From: Oopsacas minuta
Lineage: Eukaryota > Animalia > Porifera
Length of the DNA: 64,000 nucleotides
Direction: 5' to 3'
NCBI GenBank assembly: GCA_024704765.1
Contig: JAKMXF010000295.1
Span: 310,001 to 374,000 of the forward strand
Shown here: piece after piece, positions 38,801-50,886 of the stretch
How positions within the stretch are numbered: the first letter of the stretch is position 1
How the letters are laid out: every line of letters starts with the position of its first letter
The notes under the pieces: generated by a model
The model's database searches: none
Seen by the model: only the letters and a program-made list of their open reading frames with translations
Told to the model about the DNA's origin: nothing
Position numbers and translations under genes: made by a program

Positions 38801-40625
38801 ACAAATTGGTCTTCTCTGGTAGAGGCTAAAGTGGTTGTTGTCCTAGATTCGCCTCCAGTAAATCATGAAGGCTCAATTACTTAAAATCATAATGGGGTTC
38901 ATTATGATGCCATTTTAGAGGTAGATATAGCTGTTTTATCTATTACTACACCCAGCACAAATTTCCCTTTCATGATCCATGATCCTAATATGAATCATAA
39001 TTTGGGGAGAAATTTTCTCACTGGATGCTGTTTTCATTTAGTTGGATAATATATTTGATATCGATAACTTTGGTTCAAGTAATTTTTAATTGTGCTTACA
39101 TTATTTCTTATGGAAACTTTGAATGGTGAGAGCGGGTCTTATCGATGTACACCACATCAGCGAATGTAATTGTTATCCCATAATTTTATTGTCTTGTTTG
39201 CTGTAAATATATATATTTATAAATATGGTTTAGTACAATGTAGAGGACATAATTTGGAAAAGGGGAACTAATTGCAGGATCTCAGGATTGGAGGTTGAGA
39301 AATTACATTTATGTTTATGTTATTGATTAATGAATTAAGTGAGTATTCTCCTGCTTGACAGACTTATCTTTGGTGTCAATAATTCAATCCTGAATATTTA
39401 CATTGTCGAAAATTGGTTCATACTTGTTAAATCAAGCTTTCAAAGTAGAAGACGCAAGTAGTATGTGTAATATATGTATTACACATGATACGGAAGTTTT
39501 CGTGCAGTATATTGGAATCATTCGTTGCAAGATTAATATGATAACTGATATTTGTATATTGGTGATAAATGGTTGGGATTTTATAGTTGTTTTAACTTAG
39601 GGATTAAAATAGCTCTGGATACTAATTCTAAATTTATCTCTTTGAACCATCTTGAGAAAGAATTTTTATAACATGAGAGTGGTATGGTAATACTATAATT
39701 GCTAAGTATTTGTGTAAATTGATGCTGTTATTTGTTGTGTATGTATAACAACTCTTTTGTGTGCAATTTTATACTGAATATTATCTCTATGAACGTAATT
39801 CAGATATTACCTGTATAAATGTTAGTTTTATTTTTACAGTATTGTATCTACCTAATGTTCAGTTTCAAATTATATGGAAGAATTGAATATGGTTTTTAGT
39901 ATTTACACATTCAGATTTACCATAATGAATATAATTGGTTAACAGTACACTATTATACCGATTAGTTAGTACTTGAGGCACAACTTAGTGTATGTATATT
40001 CACGCCTAATTTATTCTCTGAAAAGATCTTGTGAGTGTACAGGGTTTTGGCCATCCACAAGAAGGAGAAATGAGAGCTCCATGCAGGAATATGACATAAA
40101 TAGGACCTGTAAACTTGATTAAGAACTGTTTGATTTACACAACAATATGTACATGCTTTAGGAGTTTGGGTTATGAGCTCACACAATCAGTAAGTTTGTC
40201 TCAACTAAAATCCATGTGTGTATCTACTAAGTACCTGTCCTATACAGAATAACAAAATAGAAAATGCCCTTAGGTTTTGCAGCTATGCAATCCATGCTTG
40301 GCAAGTACCAACTGTCTCGATTGTCCCAATTGTTTTTGAATTCCAAAGCGATTCATGTAGCGAGATGACATTTACTTCTAAAGTTTAAGTAACACCAGTA
40401 ACTTATAGTTTTGTTAATCCTCCTGCAAGCTTCAATAATGTTGTAAACTATGAGGGTCGCATTAAAACTTAACTCGGGGCCCGGTCAGGCTCTCGACGGC
40501 ACTGTAGATGCCCGCGTCTATCTTGCAGAAATGCCTATTACACGCCTTCTCGTGAATCTCACGCCATATTATTATTCTCTGTACATTTTGAAGATGAAAT
40601 GCCAAATCTCACGGTGAGACCCACG

Positions 40626-41378
40626 CAGTGCCGGATTTACCATCAGGCTAAGTAGGCTATAGCCTCCGGGCCACGCCAGCTGGACTGGCCACTTATAAAA
40701 GGGTCGTTCTTAGTGACTAAAATTTCTAAATTAGAAATATATTCGCAATTCGAACTTAAGATGTTGAACCCCCTATCAATAATATACTCCTGAACACCAT
40801 TACATTGATTTTAGTATAATTTGGAAAACTGTTTTAGATTTAATTATCTCAAAATTCTAGATCATTGTATGATTCCAATATTTTCTATGGTTTTATTCTA
40901 GAATTCCTAACTAGATTATTAGATTAATATTCTAGCATTTGGAAATCTCTATTTGCTTGATTTAGTGGTTCTAATCAGTTCTAGAAAAGTGTACATTCTT
41001 CTTTCGTGTGATTTCAAAACTCAATTGATTTCGGTGATATTATGCGTAGCTTCGCTTCAAGGATAGCTCAAATAGTCCCGATTGTTTAGATAATAATTAG
41101 ATAGATTATAGTTTTTAGTAAGTAATATTTGATATGTCATAAATTACTTCATTTTATACATTGTTTACTTTTGAAATATGTTATATTAACCATCATGCCA
41201 CTTCAGGTCAGTCATTTATCCCCACCCAATATTGCCAGAGACCCCTGCACTGTAAAATATGTCACTTTCGAGTTTGTAAAATAATTGAAATTTGGGGGGG
41301 CACCGACCAATGTCGACCATGTTTCGGGCCACTTGTATGGTCCAACCTTCGGACCACTCCAGGGTAAATCCGGCCCTA
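40626..41378. mobile_element. Probable non-autonomous hAT MITE
   Basis: Ends CAGTGCCGGATTTACC and GGTAAATCCGGCCCTA. No TSD found. Confidence 0.45.
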
Positions 41379-42647
41379 ACTCTGGGTTGTCAACTATAAT
41401 CTTGCTACAGGTTTCTGCTGGACTTCACTGTGATGCTGCCGTCATGATATGAGATCTTAAGTATTTTATTGCCTATTATCGCATACAAGCCCTTTACTGT
41501 GTGACCTTACTGTGTGAAATACTTCAAAGTTTGAAATGGACCACAATTAATATCTATATGTATATCGATTTCCATGGCAATCCTGATAATTTAATTACCT
41601 TGATTTTGATTTCAGGCACGGAATATGGATGCAAATATTTTCCGAACATCCCGCATAGGCGCCAAACCCGATTTGCAGGTTGACAAACTTGAGCTCCCAA
41701 TCTTTCATTTATTAGAAAAGCGCGCCGTGTAATATACCAATGACTATTACCGCGAAATTGAATTTAAGTGTGTAATTGAAAGAGTATCATGTATGTAAAT
41801 TGATTATGCTTGATGTATTTGAAAAAATATATAGTGTTTCGTTGTAAAGAATTATTCTTTTTAGGCCTGATTTAATACGTATTCTTACAGTATAAATTTA
41901 TGGATGTGAGGATTTTGTGATCCTACAGGGCCCCCAATTTTACTTTCATATAGATAAATATTTTACTGGAAACCTCGCACAGAAACTATCTCATGGTGGT
42001 TTCAATTTTAAATTTAATGTAAAATGGAAACCGCACAGTGGGCTATTATTGCGAATTACTAGTATTAGGGTTTTACGCGTTCAATTTTGGAGATAGGCTT
42101 ATAAAATATATTAGTACTGTATAGTAAGTCAACTATTGTGGTTCTTTTGTTGATTTCAATTTTGTTGTATCACATCAGGTTTTCAATATATGATGTAACC
42201 TCAATTACAATATACAGTAATACAGTAATCTAGGTTTACACTAAACTGAGTTTTTATTAAAAGAAATAGAATAGAAATATATTATGGCTATGGTAACTGA
42301 AGAATAACTAACATACGAGTATCTTATTGATGAATTAATGTTAAATACAAGAGAGTTCATCTATGGAATTTTGAAGGAGAGAATCTTCATTATCAATATT
42401 ATTTTTAACGTTTTCACCTTGCCTGTTTTTTTACACAATTCTTTTGATGGCCTACTTAACCACAGGTGGAATAAATGATGATCCTTCTGAATTTTTCATT
42501 CAGAATTGGACAACCATAGATGTAGAGCCTCATTGCAACATCACTTAACCCACTTAGAAAATCTGATTTCCTGCTCAAATGTGTTGAGAACTCTCGGATC
42601 AACTTATGTCCTTGTTCTAACCCTTCATCAGAAAGACTATACAATCC

Positions 42648-45034
42648 GGTACAACTATAGTATTGTACCGGAAGGTGATTCCCTTTTAATCGACACTAGG
42701 GGTTATTTTGAAGTCATAGAACTCGTCGAATAATGAACAGGGAACTTTAGAACACTAAAATCGGACTAAATTTGACAAAGTTATAATCATTTTACTATAT
42801 AAGCCAAAGTCTATGGGGATATATTGCAATAACTGAATGAAGCCAATTTATACGCTATATGTTTGTTTGTATTCACTTTGCTTATGCATACTACTCTCAT
42901 ACGTTCAGCATTTCTATGAGTTTGTATTTTATGTTATTTCCTATAATGTTTTACAAATGAGAGGTCATGAAACGAACTAAACCACGTTTATGATTAATGA
43001 AGCCACTTTTAGAATACATATGGAGACTAATATTCTAAATACCTAACTATTCATATGATTGCAAGGTAGTGTATGATTACCCAACATTGTAATAGGAATG
43101 CAACATTTTCAATAGTAAAACAAATATGTAGTATTAATGAAAACAACAAAATGCTATTGTCAGTAATGTGGTTATTTCAAATTAAGATGCCACAAAATTG
43201 TGGCATTCCTTCTAGCAATTGTGTTACGTCGATGGCCCGACTGGTATATAACAAGTAATTGTTGCACATATAATATTCTACGCATTGTTATTACAACCAA
43301 TGGATTTTCAGCCAATACTTGAGCCCACTGTCTTCAGTGAAATCCCGCAGGATTTGATTATTGATGACATTATTATCCTTGCACAGTGTTGTGATAATGT
43401 CATAAACTAGTTAAGAACGTATGGCTTATTAGCGCGTCAAATGCGGTGTCGTTGTGGAGTAGAAATGTATGAAACACATTGGTCTCACTTTCAGGATGGC
43501 TATGAATGGAGATGTAGTCCATGTAGACGAAAGTGTTCGATCCGCCATGGGTCCTTCTTCACACCATCCAAAATTCCACTCCCATTGATGTTCAAGTTCC
43601 TGTACTTTGGAGTGAGGACTTGCAATCGCATGCATTTTTGGAGAAGCATTTGGGATGGAGTCCGAACACAGTGGTTGATTGGAAGAATTATTTGAGGGAT
43701 CTTTGTTTGGAAGAAATATTAATGAACCCTCAACCCATTGGAGGTCCTGGGAAGATCGTTGAGATAGACGAATCCAAATTCGGCAAACGAAAATATAATA
43801 GAGGCAGACTGTTAACTGGCCAGTGGGTATTTGGGATGGTTGAGGGGGATACAGATGATATAATTATGGTTACTGTACCTGATCGCTCAACAGCCACTCT
43901 TCTGCCAATTATCCAAAGGTTCATTCATCCACAAACAATAATTTATTCTGATGAGTGGGCTTCCTACAATATATTAAGTCACTCCGGATATACCCATTAC
44001 ACAGTTAACCATTCCGAGAATTTCGTAGACCCAGTGACTCATGTACACACCCAGAAGATAGAAGGGAGTTGGGGAGGTGTAAAAAAGAGGCAGAAAAAAG
44101 GACAGACAACAAATCCTGAATTACTTGAGACCCATCTCATAGAGGCTTGTTGGCGGAGGAGACAAGAAAAATATTTTTGGACTTATTCTAAGAGGAATTA
44201 GAGATTTATATCCAGTAATATAAATCATTATCTGTAAACTTCATCATAATAAATATTTTCTTAGAATGTTGGTAATATATACATCAATAAAGTCATAGTG
44301 TACTAGGTCCCACTTATAATCCGAATTGTAACCACTACAGTACATCCAGTCACTCAATAATCTGAACACTTTCACAAGGGTTAATTCACTATTTATTAAG
44401 TTGTTTTTATGTAGCAAAATATGTTGCTAAGAATATAGACCCAATTTATTAGCCTTAAACAAAAACCTAGATAAATGTAGTTGTTGCGTAAATATAAATA
44501 TGTTGCATATCTAAGGGTTAATTTTGAAAGAGTGCGTGCTTAAGATATGCGTACTTCCCTTGAGTATAGTGATTAGTCATGGACGTAGTATAGTATCAGG
44601 AGTGTGCTGGGGGCCCATACGGAATGCCCAGGCCTATTAATAGGTTTATGAGCGTCCCCCACTTCATTTTTCGGACAAATATTACTGGACGCGTACTCGG
44701 ATTTGATATAATGCAAACAGTAATCCATAAGATTTTACACCTGTTAAACATAAAATACAAACTCATAGAAATGCTGAACGTATGAGAGTAGTATGCATAA
44801 GCAAAGTGAATACAAACAAACATATAGCGTATAAATTGGCTTCATTCAGTTATTGCAATATATCCCCATAGACTTTGGCTTATATAGTAAAATGATTATA
44901 ACTTTGTCAAATTTAGTCCGATTTTAGTGTTCTAAAGTTCCCTGTTCATTATTCGACGAGTTCTATGACTTCAAAATAACCCCTAGTGTCGATTAAAAGG
45001 GAATCACCTTCCGGTACAATACTATAGTTGTACC
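42648..45034 (+). mobile_element. Merlin (IS1595-like) transposon, 2387 bp, with ~288-bp TIRs
   Basis: TIRs begin GGTACAACTATAGTATTGTACCGG and match out to about 42935 / 44747. 8-bp TSD tacaatcc/cacaatcc (one mismatch). Confidence 0.92.
43300..44221 (+). pseudogene. Merlin/ISXO2-like transposase (one stop, two frameshifts)
   Basis: Zn ribbon CRC..WRCSPC, IGGPGKIVEIDESKFGKRKYNRGR, WVFGMVE, IYSDEWASY, VNHSENFVDP and HTQKIEGSW. Confidence 0.9.
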
Positions 45035-48000
45035 CACAATCCTACCCTGTCATTTCTCTTAATAAACTGATGGGCAAGAGCCAAGAATTTGTGGAGTGTA
45101 TTGCTAATAGATACCCAGGCAAGGTTTGTAAGATTAGTATATAAGTTTCTTGACTTAACACACGAAATCTTTCTACATCGACAACTTCATTACTATTAGC
45201 AACTCTGAGTAATGCAGATAGATTCCTGTGAATCTCTGTCAGAGCATCTCTATGAACATTTGGTACAAACGATAAAGCGATCCTAAAACACGGTTTTTTA
45301 TATGAAAAAATATTCCTGCCATGTTACCAGTGCTTGTGTTCCCACTTCCTCCTGGTTGGTCGAATAATAAGTTCGTAAGCTCATGGATACGCTTGCATAC
45401 TAAACCTCGATAATCTCGCCCCATTTGATCTTCAGTCCACTTGGACTTTCCTGCTGCAATTCGGTAGATGATGTTCAAAACCCAATCTAAAATCCTTAGG
45501 TAAGAATGTAAAGGTGCTGCAGGAAATACATCAATGCCACTTGCAGGTTCGTGTGTAACCCCACACCGTTGCTTTGTATTGTAGCTCATCAGCTCTTTTC
45601 CATCAGAGGTTAACTGACGGATTGTCTCTTTGATATCCTCTATCGAACAATCTAAAGGAAACCCGCAAACCACTTTCGTAATGCTATTGATATCACTTCG
45701 GGTTGCTTTGCAAGCCATACATGGCGCTCCTCCTTTACCTGTCATTGTTGCTAAGGTTTTTCCGTCAAACATTGAAGCTTTGACTTCTACTTTAACATGG
45801 TCATTTAGGTGATAAAATCATTCTCATTTAGTGAAACAATTTCAGGGTTTAGTAACTTGCTCAATTCTATCACAGTGTCAATTGTCTCCTTTGGCAAATA
45901 AGTGCTACTGGTTGGTTGGAAAAACAGGAGTAGGATGCCTATTTTCCCACAGAACATTCCCGAATCGATCTATTACCTGAAGGGGTGAAACCATGAAGAC
46001 AATATAATTTGATCGGTCTATATTCAAGTCTGACAATAACCCAGGAGAGGAATGAGATCCAGAACCATCCAGTCCATGCTTGATTTTGAGTGTTAATGGA
46101 TAGAAGTGTGGTGCAGGAAAATTTAGCACACATTCTTTTAACAACTGGTCAAAGAGAGAAATTACATGTGATGAGTAAGATATATTGACCCCTATAGGAT
46201 TGGAAACATTTGGATACCAGTCGGATGTTGGAACAATTGATGTTCTAATTTCACTAATTTTTTCCCAAGTTGCCAAAACGAGGCCTTCTAATTGGAGATA
46301 TTATTTAAGATCTCTCCATTTTCCTTTCCCCAGCTTTAGTTGATACGCTAAGAATGTTGATTTTTCTGGTGAAACTATGTTACTGAGGGTTGGTATCGAT
46401 TCTTCGTTATAAATTTTCCAAGCGATATTTGCGATGCCTTTAAAACCAATTTGTTCTACAGCTACAATATACAAGAGGAGAGCAACGTAGCGAATAACAG
46501 AAATATTTTCAAGTTGTGCTAACTGACGGATGGAAGTAAGTATCCCAGTCTGATCAAGCCTTATCTTTTTGAACGAACTTGAATGTCGTCAATTGATTTT
46601 CTCCTCTCTACATTTGGAACCAATATAACACCGCTTTCTACATCACAGCCTGAAACAGAAAGGGATGATTGGGTGCTCTTAGGTTTAACAGGGATCCATG
46701 GAATACTTGCACTCCACCACTCACCATCTAAGCTCTCAATGGATTTCTTACTCTTTCTGAAATTAAATGATACTTTAGACATTAGAAAGTATACAGAATG
46801 TCTCTTGTCTTGTTCGAGATTTAGTATACGCACCACTTCATCTGCTGCTTGATTGATATCATTGTCGTGAACCTTTAATATGATAGCCAAGTCAAGCCGT
46901 GTTTTCAGGCTTTCAGATACTATTGTTGCTTCAGCCATCTTTAAATTGATAATTAGAGGTTTGATAGGTTATCAAATTAATGAACTTGTATGTTACCTCG
47001 TAATATGCAGTATATATAAATAATTATTACGTTATATTGGTGTAAAATTACCATGTAATTACATTAAATAGTACCATAGCAACGTAGATGTGAGAATGGA
47101 ATTTGACAATGTTTAATATGTTGCGCAATGAAGCGGCATTTGTACTTTGAATATGATGTTATATTACTTGACAAAATACATACTAAAAATTCGGGATGGA
47201 AACTAGTGGAAACAAATTTTGCTGTCAACAGGATGGCTTATGGCCGAGAGAAATTTCTACAAAATTTTCACAGTATTGTATACGTAATATCTAATTAATC
47301 TTTTCGCTCCTGAAGAAATTCAACGTTGATTCAAATTCAGCGCACTCACTTTGCTTGGAAAGCATGTAAATTAGGCCGGATCGAGAAAAGTATAAATCGT
47401 CGGTTCAACTTCTACCTAAGGGAAAAGTTGCCTTTACCATTTTCTAGGAAAATTCGAGACTTAAATTTGAAAAATATTTCGATTTGACCCTTGTGGTTTT
47501 ATATTTTTGCTGTGTCGCTTTCGCAAAATTGATTTTATATTGCCCGAATTTTCAAATTCCTTTGACTTAGCCCCTTTATATATATTATTTGGTAATAGTA
47601 AGTCGCATATTTGCTATTGAATGGTGTATTAATCGAATTTCTATGTCCAAGGATACTCAAGTTATCAAGATTTTTTTGCATATTCTATCATACCCTAATA
47701 TTATTACCCACCCCCATTTTTTTCTGATTATTTGAAAATTCTATATTCTTAGTAAAATTTGTTATATAATCACCAAACTTAATATATTTCTTTATCTAGA
47801 TCCAAATTCATCAATAGGTTACCACAAAGAAATTTTACCAACATTCCTTTTCTCTTGGTCTTAACTTAGTTACCATTTATCTAGCATGGAATTTATGGTC
47901 AATTATAGTATCTATACCAATACTCGATTAAATCATTCATATTATTGAGTGATTATATTCCTAAAATTTATTTATTTTTGAAATGGCAGAAAACACGCGT

Positions 48001-48849
48001 AGTAAAGTATTTCATCCTATTTTTGGCTATCCAGTACCCATTCCAGAAAATCAACTTCCAACAAACTTGATATATATAATCATTATAGATGCTTAGAAAT
48101 GAAGATTCTAAATCAACTAGAGATGATATAGCGAAAGAACTAACTGAAGTATTAGTGCGTATCTATAATTTGGCTTCCATACCCACTATATCATAGCTCA
48201 AAATAAAACTACATCAATTCTGATATTATAGAGAGAGCTAAATACTACGGAAAAAGGTCCAAAACAAGCAACAACCTGACCGCATACAGCCTATTATCTC
48301 CGAATTCAATGTCTTGTTCGATGTCTCAAGTTGCAAATGCCTAATTCAGGAAGGTAAATGTTTTGCTCTCTCGATAAAAAGATACCACGCCGTGAGTGGC
48401 CATTTCTCTTTGATCTACGAAACGCTCGAAAATTATTTATATCCAGCTTGGATTGCATGACAACCTCTAAAAATATTGTTAAACAAGAAAGAAAAGAGGC
48501 ATAATATGAAAGAGAAGAAAGGGAAATGTAGAGATTACATGCAGTTCAACCTTCGCAAGAATTTATAGAATGTGACTTTGAAGAGTTTAAATCTTTTGAC
48601 TCGAGCACATCTAATACTCACAAGTATACACGTAATCATAATCAATTACGAAATTTAGCCATAATGTGTGATAGATATCAAATTAGCGATCGGGCAGGCG
48701 CAGCTATAGCTAACGCAGTACTGCAGGATTACGGTATTATCACACAGGAAGAAGATAGTCAAATTATTGATATAAACTCCGTAGATCTAGATTCTCTGTG
48801 AGAAAGGAATTGGTTAATGAGGCTCACGAAACTATCAATGATATATCTG

Positions 48850-50886
48850 CTAGGGTGCGACTCGTAAAGCCCGTGGTCCGTGGCCCGCTATCAATGCCCG
48901 CGTCCCGTGGTCCGCTTATTTATTCCACCAGCCCGTGATTTAGGAAATTTGTTTATTTTATGGCACTGTTGGCTGAATTCGTGAATGTATTCTCAAAGAA
49001 TTGAGAATTCATATAAACTCCGCGTTATAAGATGCGGGAAATCGTGTGCACAAATAGTATATATATGAAACTTTATATATATGCAACACTTTGATTGTTT
49101 CGTTAGTTATTTCCTTTTTCTTTCTATTAATGGTGGAAGATAATAGGTTTAGTGCATCTAGACTTCTAGATTTATTTGTTATTGAAAAATTAACAAATGC
49201 CGCTAAATGCTCATTATGTTCCAGTGCACTCACATACAACAGTCAAAAGACTGGTACCTCGCATATGTCACGCCACATCACTAACAAACATCCGGAGGAG
49301 CATAATAAGATGAAGAGGAGGTTAGAATGCAGAGATGGTACTCAGTCTAGTATTCTTAGATGTTTCAAGAAGAAGACAGGTCTATCAGCAATGCCAGAAA
49401 GAAGACGCTTGGCGATGTTAATATCTTGCGGAGATCATGTTTTACCTTTGAGTTATTTTGAAAGCGAATTTACAAGGAGCCTGCTGCGGATTGAAAGTTG
49501 TTCAAACCGAATGGATTTGAGAGGAGAAATAAGATTAATTGCTGATGAAGTTAGGCAGGAGATAACAGCCGAATTTCAGGGTACATTTATGACAATTGTC
49601 TGTGATGGGTGGAAAAACTCCCTGACAGGTATGTTTAATATGTTTACTCTAAATATATTGTATAATACGTATATGTATATTTATAAATTATAATGTTATT
49701 GGTAGGTGACAAGTTTGTATCTTTTTTGGGATTTGCTAACTCAAGTTCAAAACCAATCTATATCACTAGCCAAATAGTGAAAGACAACTCTTCTGATGCA
49801 TTTCTGGAAGCTGGTCGAGTAGCACTAAACATTGTCGAAGGGTGGAATTCCAAGGTTATTGCATTACTCGCTGACAATACTCGGTCAATTCAACTTGACC
49901 TGCAGAAATTGTCGAATGAATGTGGTGGTTTGTTGGTATTGCGGTGTGCAGCACATGTTATGAACCTTTGCTTACGTGATATCTTCACAGCAGTTCCAGT
50001 GTGTCAGAAAGCACTTGACATATTGAATAAACATGTAGCCAACGGTACTGTCCTTCGTTATGTTGATGCTAGATGGAATTCAAGAATTGTTCGGATGGAG
50101 CAACTCATTGTGAAACTTGATGATGAGAGAGAAAAGGGAAAATTGAGTGCTTGTCTGCAGAGAACTCGACCGATTCTTGATGTTCTTAATATTGCTCAAG
50201 AAGATACGACTACATGGCCTACAATGATGTGCAAGTTTGAGGAACTTTTGGAGACACTACAAGAGACAGGATTCGATGAAGTATGTACAGTGATTGAGAA
50301 GAGGAGGTGGATGCTTGAAAATATTGTTATTCATCTTATAAACTGGTTAAATGGAAAGACTGGAGATATTGACTTCGAAATGACTGGAAAATGGCTTCAG
50401 TTAATGAAAGTTCGTTCAGATTTTGATATGCTATATGCTGCCAGGGAGTTTGGTGCTGGGTTGGAAGGTAATACAATCCAACATTACCCCAAACTGAAAG
50501 TGTTTGAAGAACAAATACTCAACTAAATCGCAGTTAGTGAGGCTTCGGTTGAACGACTGTTTTCTCGACACAAGCAAATTCACTCTCCTCTTCGTGCATC
50601 CTTGGGAAATGATATAGTAACTGATTGCTTACTGATAAGAATCAGCAGACAATACATTGAAGCTGAGACTACAGATAACACTGACATGATTCTACCTCTC
50701 TATGAGGATTATTAGACTAAACGAAAATAACATTTATAATACTTGTGATACTTACATATACTAAAATAGTAATAAATTTCATGACCTAATTCTATAATTA
50801 AAGCATATTCATCATCTGTAAAATTGTTCTTTTTGACTCTTTTCAGCCCGTGATTTACAATAAAGCCCGCACGGGTCGCACCCTAG
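48850..50886 (+). mobile_element. Compact BED-finger hAT transposon, copy 2 (2037 bp)
   Basis: CTAGGGTGCGAC ... GTCGCACCCTAG with perfect 8-bp TSD TATATCTG (48842-48849 and 50887-50894). ORF translations are identical to copy 1. Confidence 0.95.
49130..50715 (+). pseudogene. hAT transposase of copy 2: exons 49130-49628 and 49706-50715 (502 codons), in-frame TAA at 50524-50526
   Basis: Same motifs as copy 1. The phase-1 intron GTATGT..TTGGTAG restores LTG-DKF. Confidence 0.85.

Larger units (their letters stand above)
30520..38920 (+). pseudogene. NOF-FB-like (MULE-related) transposase relic with a C-terminal OTU-like domain, split by the Ginger insertion
   Basis: Removing Ginger and one GAGC gives the continuous frame SRKTNSPVFRAREECKFSNC-RANVNYIEEE. 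Downstream fragments: PIPGYVQYF..QDP..QMYT, NLDAIG, IYYALTIQH..TSPIPVA, MPLLPL..WSGII, NASVENWFRIV, GDSNCVFSSLA and HNGVHYDAI. Family recognised from memory; TIRs not found. Confidence 0.6.
42456..46938 (-). pseudogene. Transib/RAG1-like transposase pseudogene (46938-45035 plus 42647-42456)
   Basis: Motifs RRKSIDDIQVRSKR, KHGLDGSGSHS (first Asp), FDGK..PCMACKAT (second Asp and Zn ligands), PLHSYLR, GNTSTGN and HKFLA. After removing Merlin the frame reads NDRVGL-YSLSDEGLEQGHKLIREF (catalytic Glu region). Confidence 0.88.

Noticed and set aside
42034-42075. Full RSS (heptamer + 12/23 spacer + nonamer) at the Transib ends
   Set aside because: No ACAAAAACC-like nonamer at either end. A shared ATTAGG lies 23 nt (left) and 14 nt (right) after the heptamer, but a 6-mer match is too weak to support.
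50524-50526. Variant genetic code (TAA read as sense)
   Set aside because: TAA acts as the apparent terminator of other transposase frames here (e.g. 52190, 56075), so reassignment is not supported.
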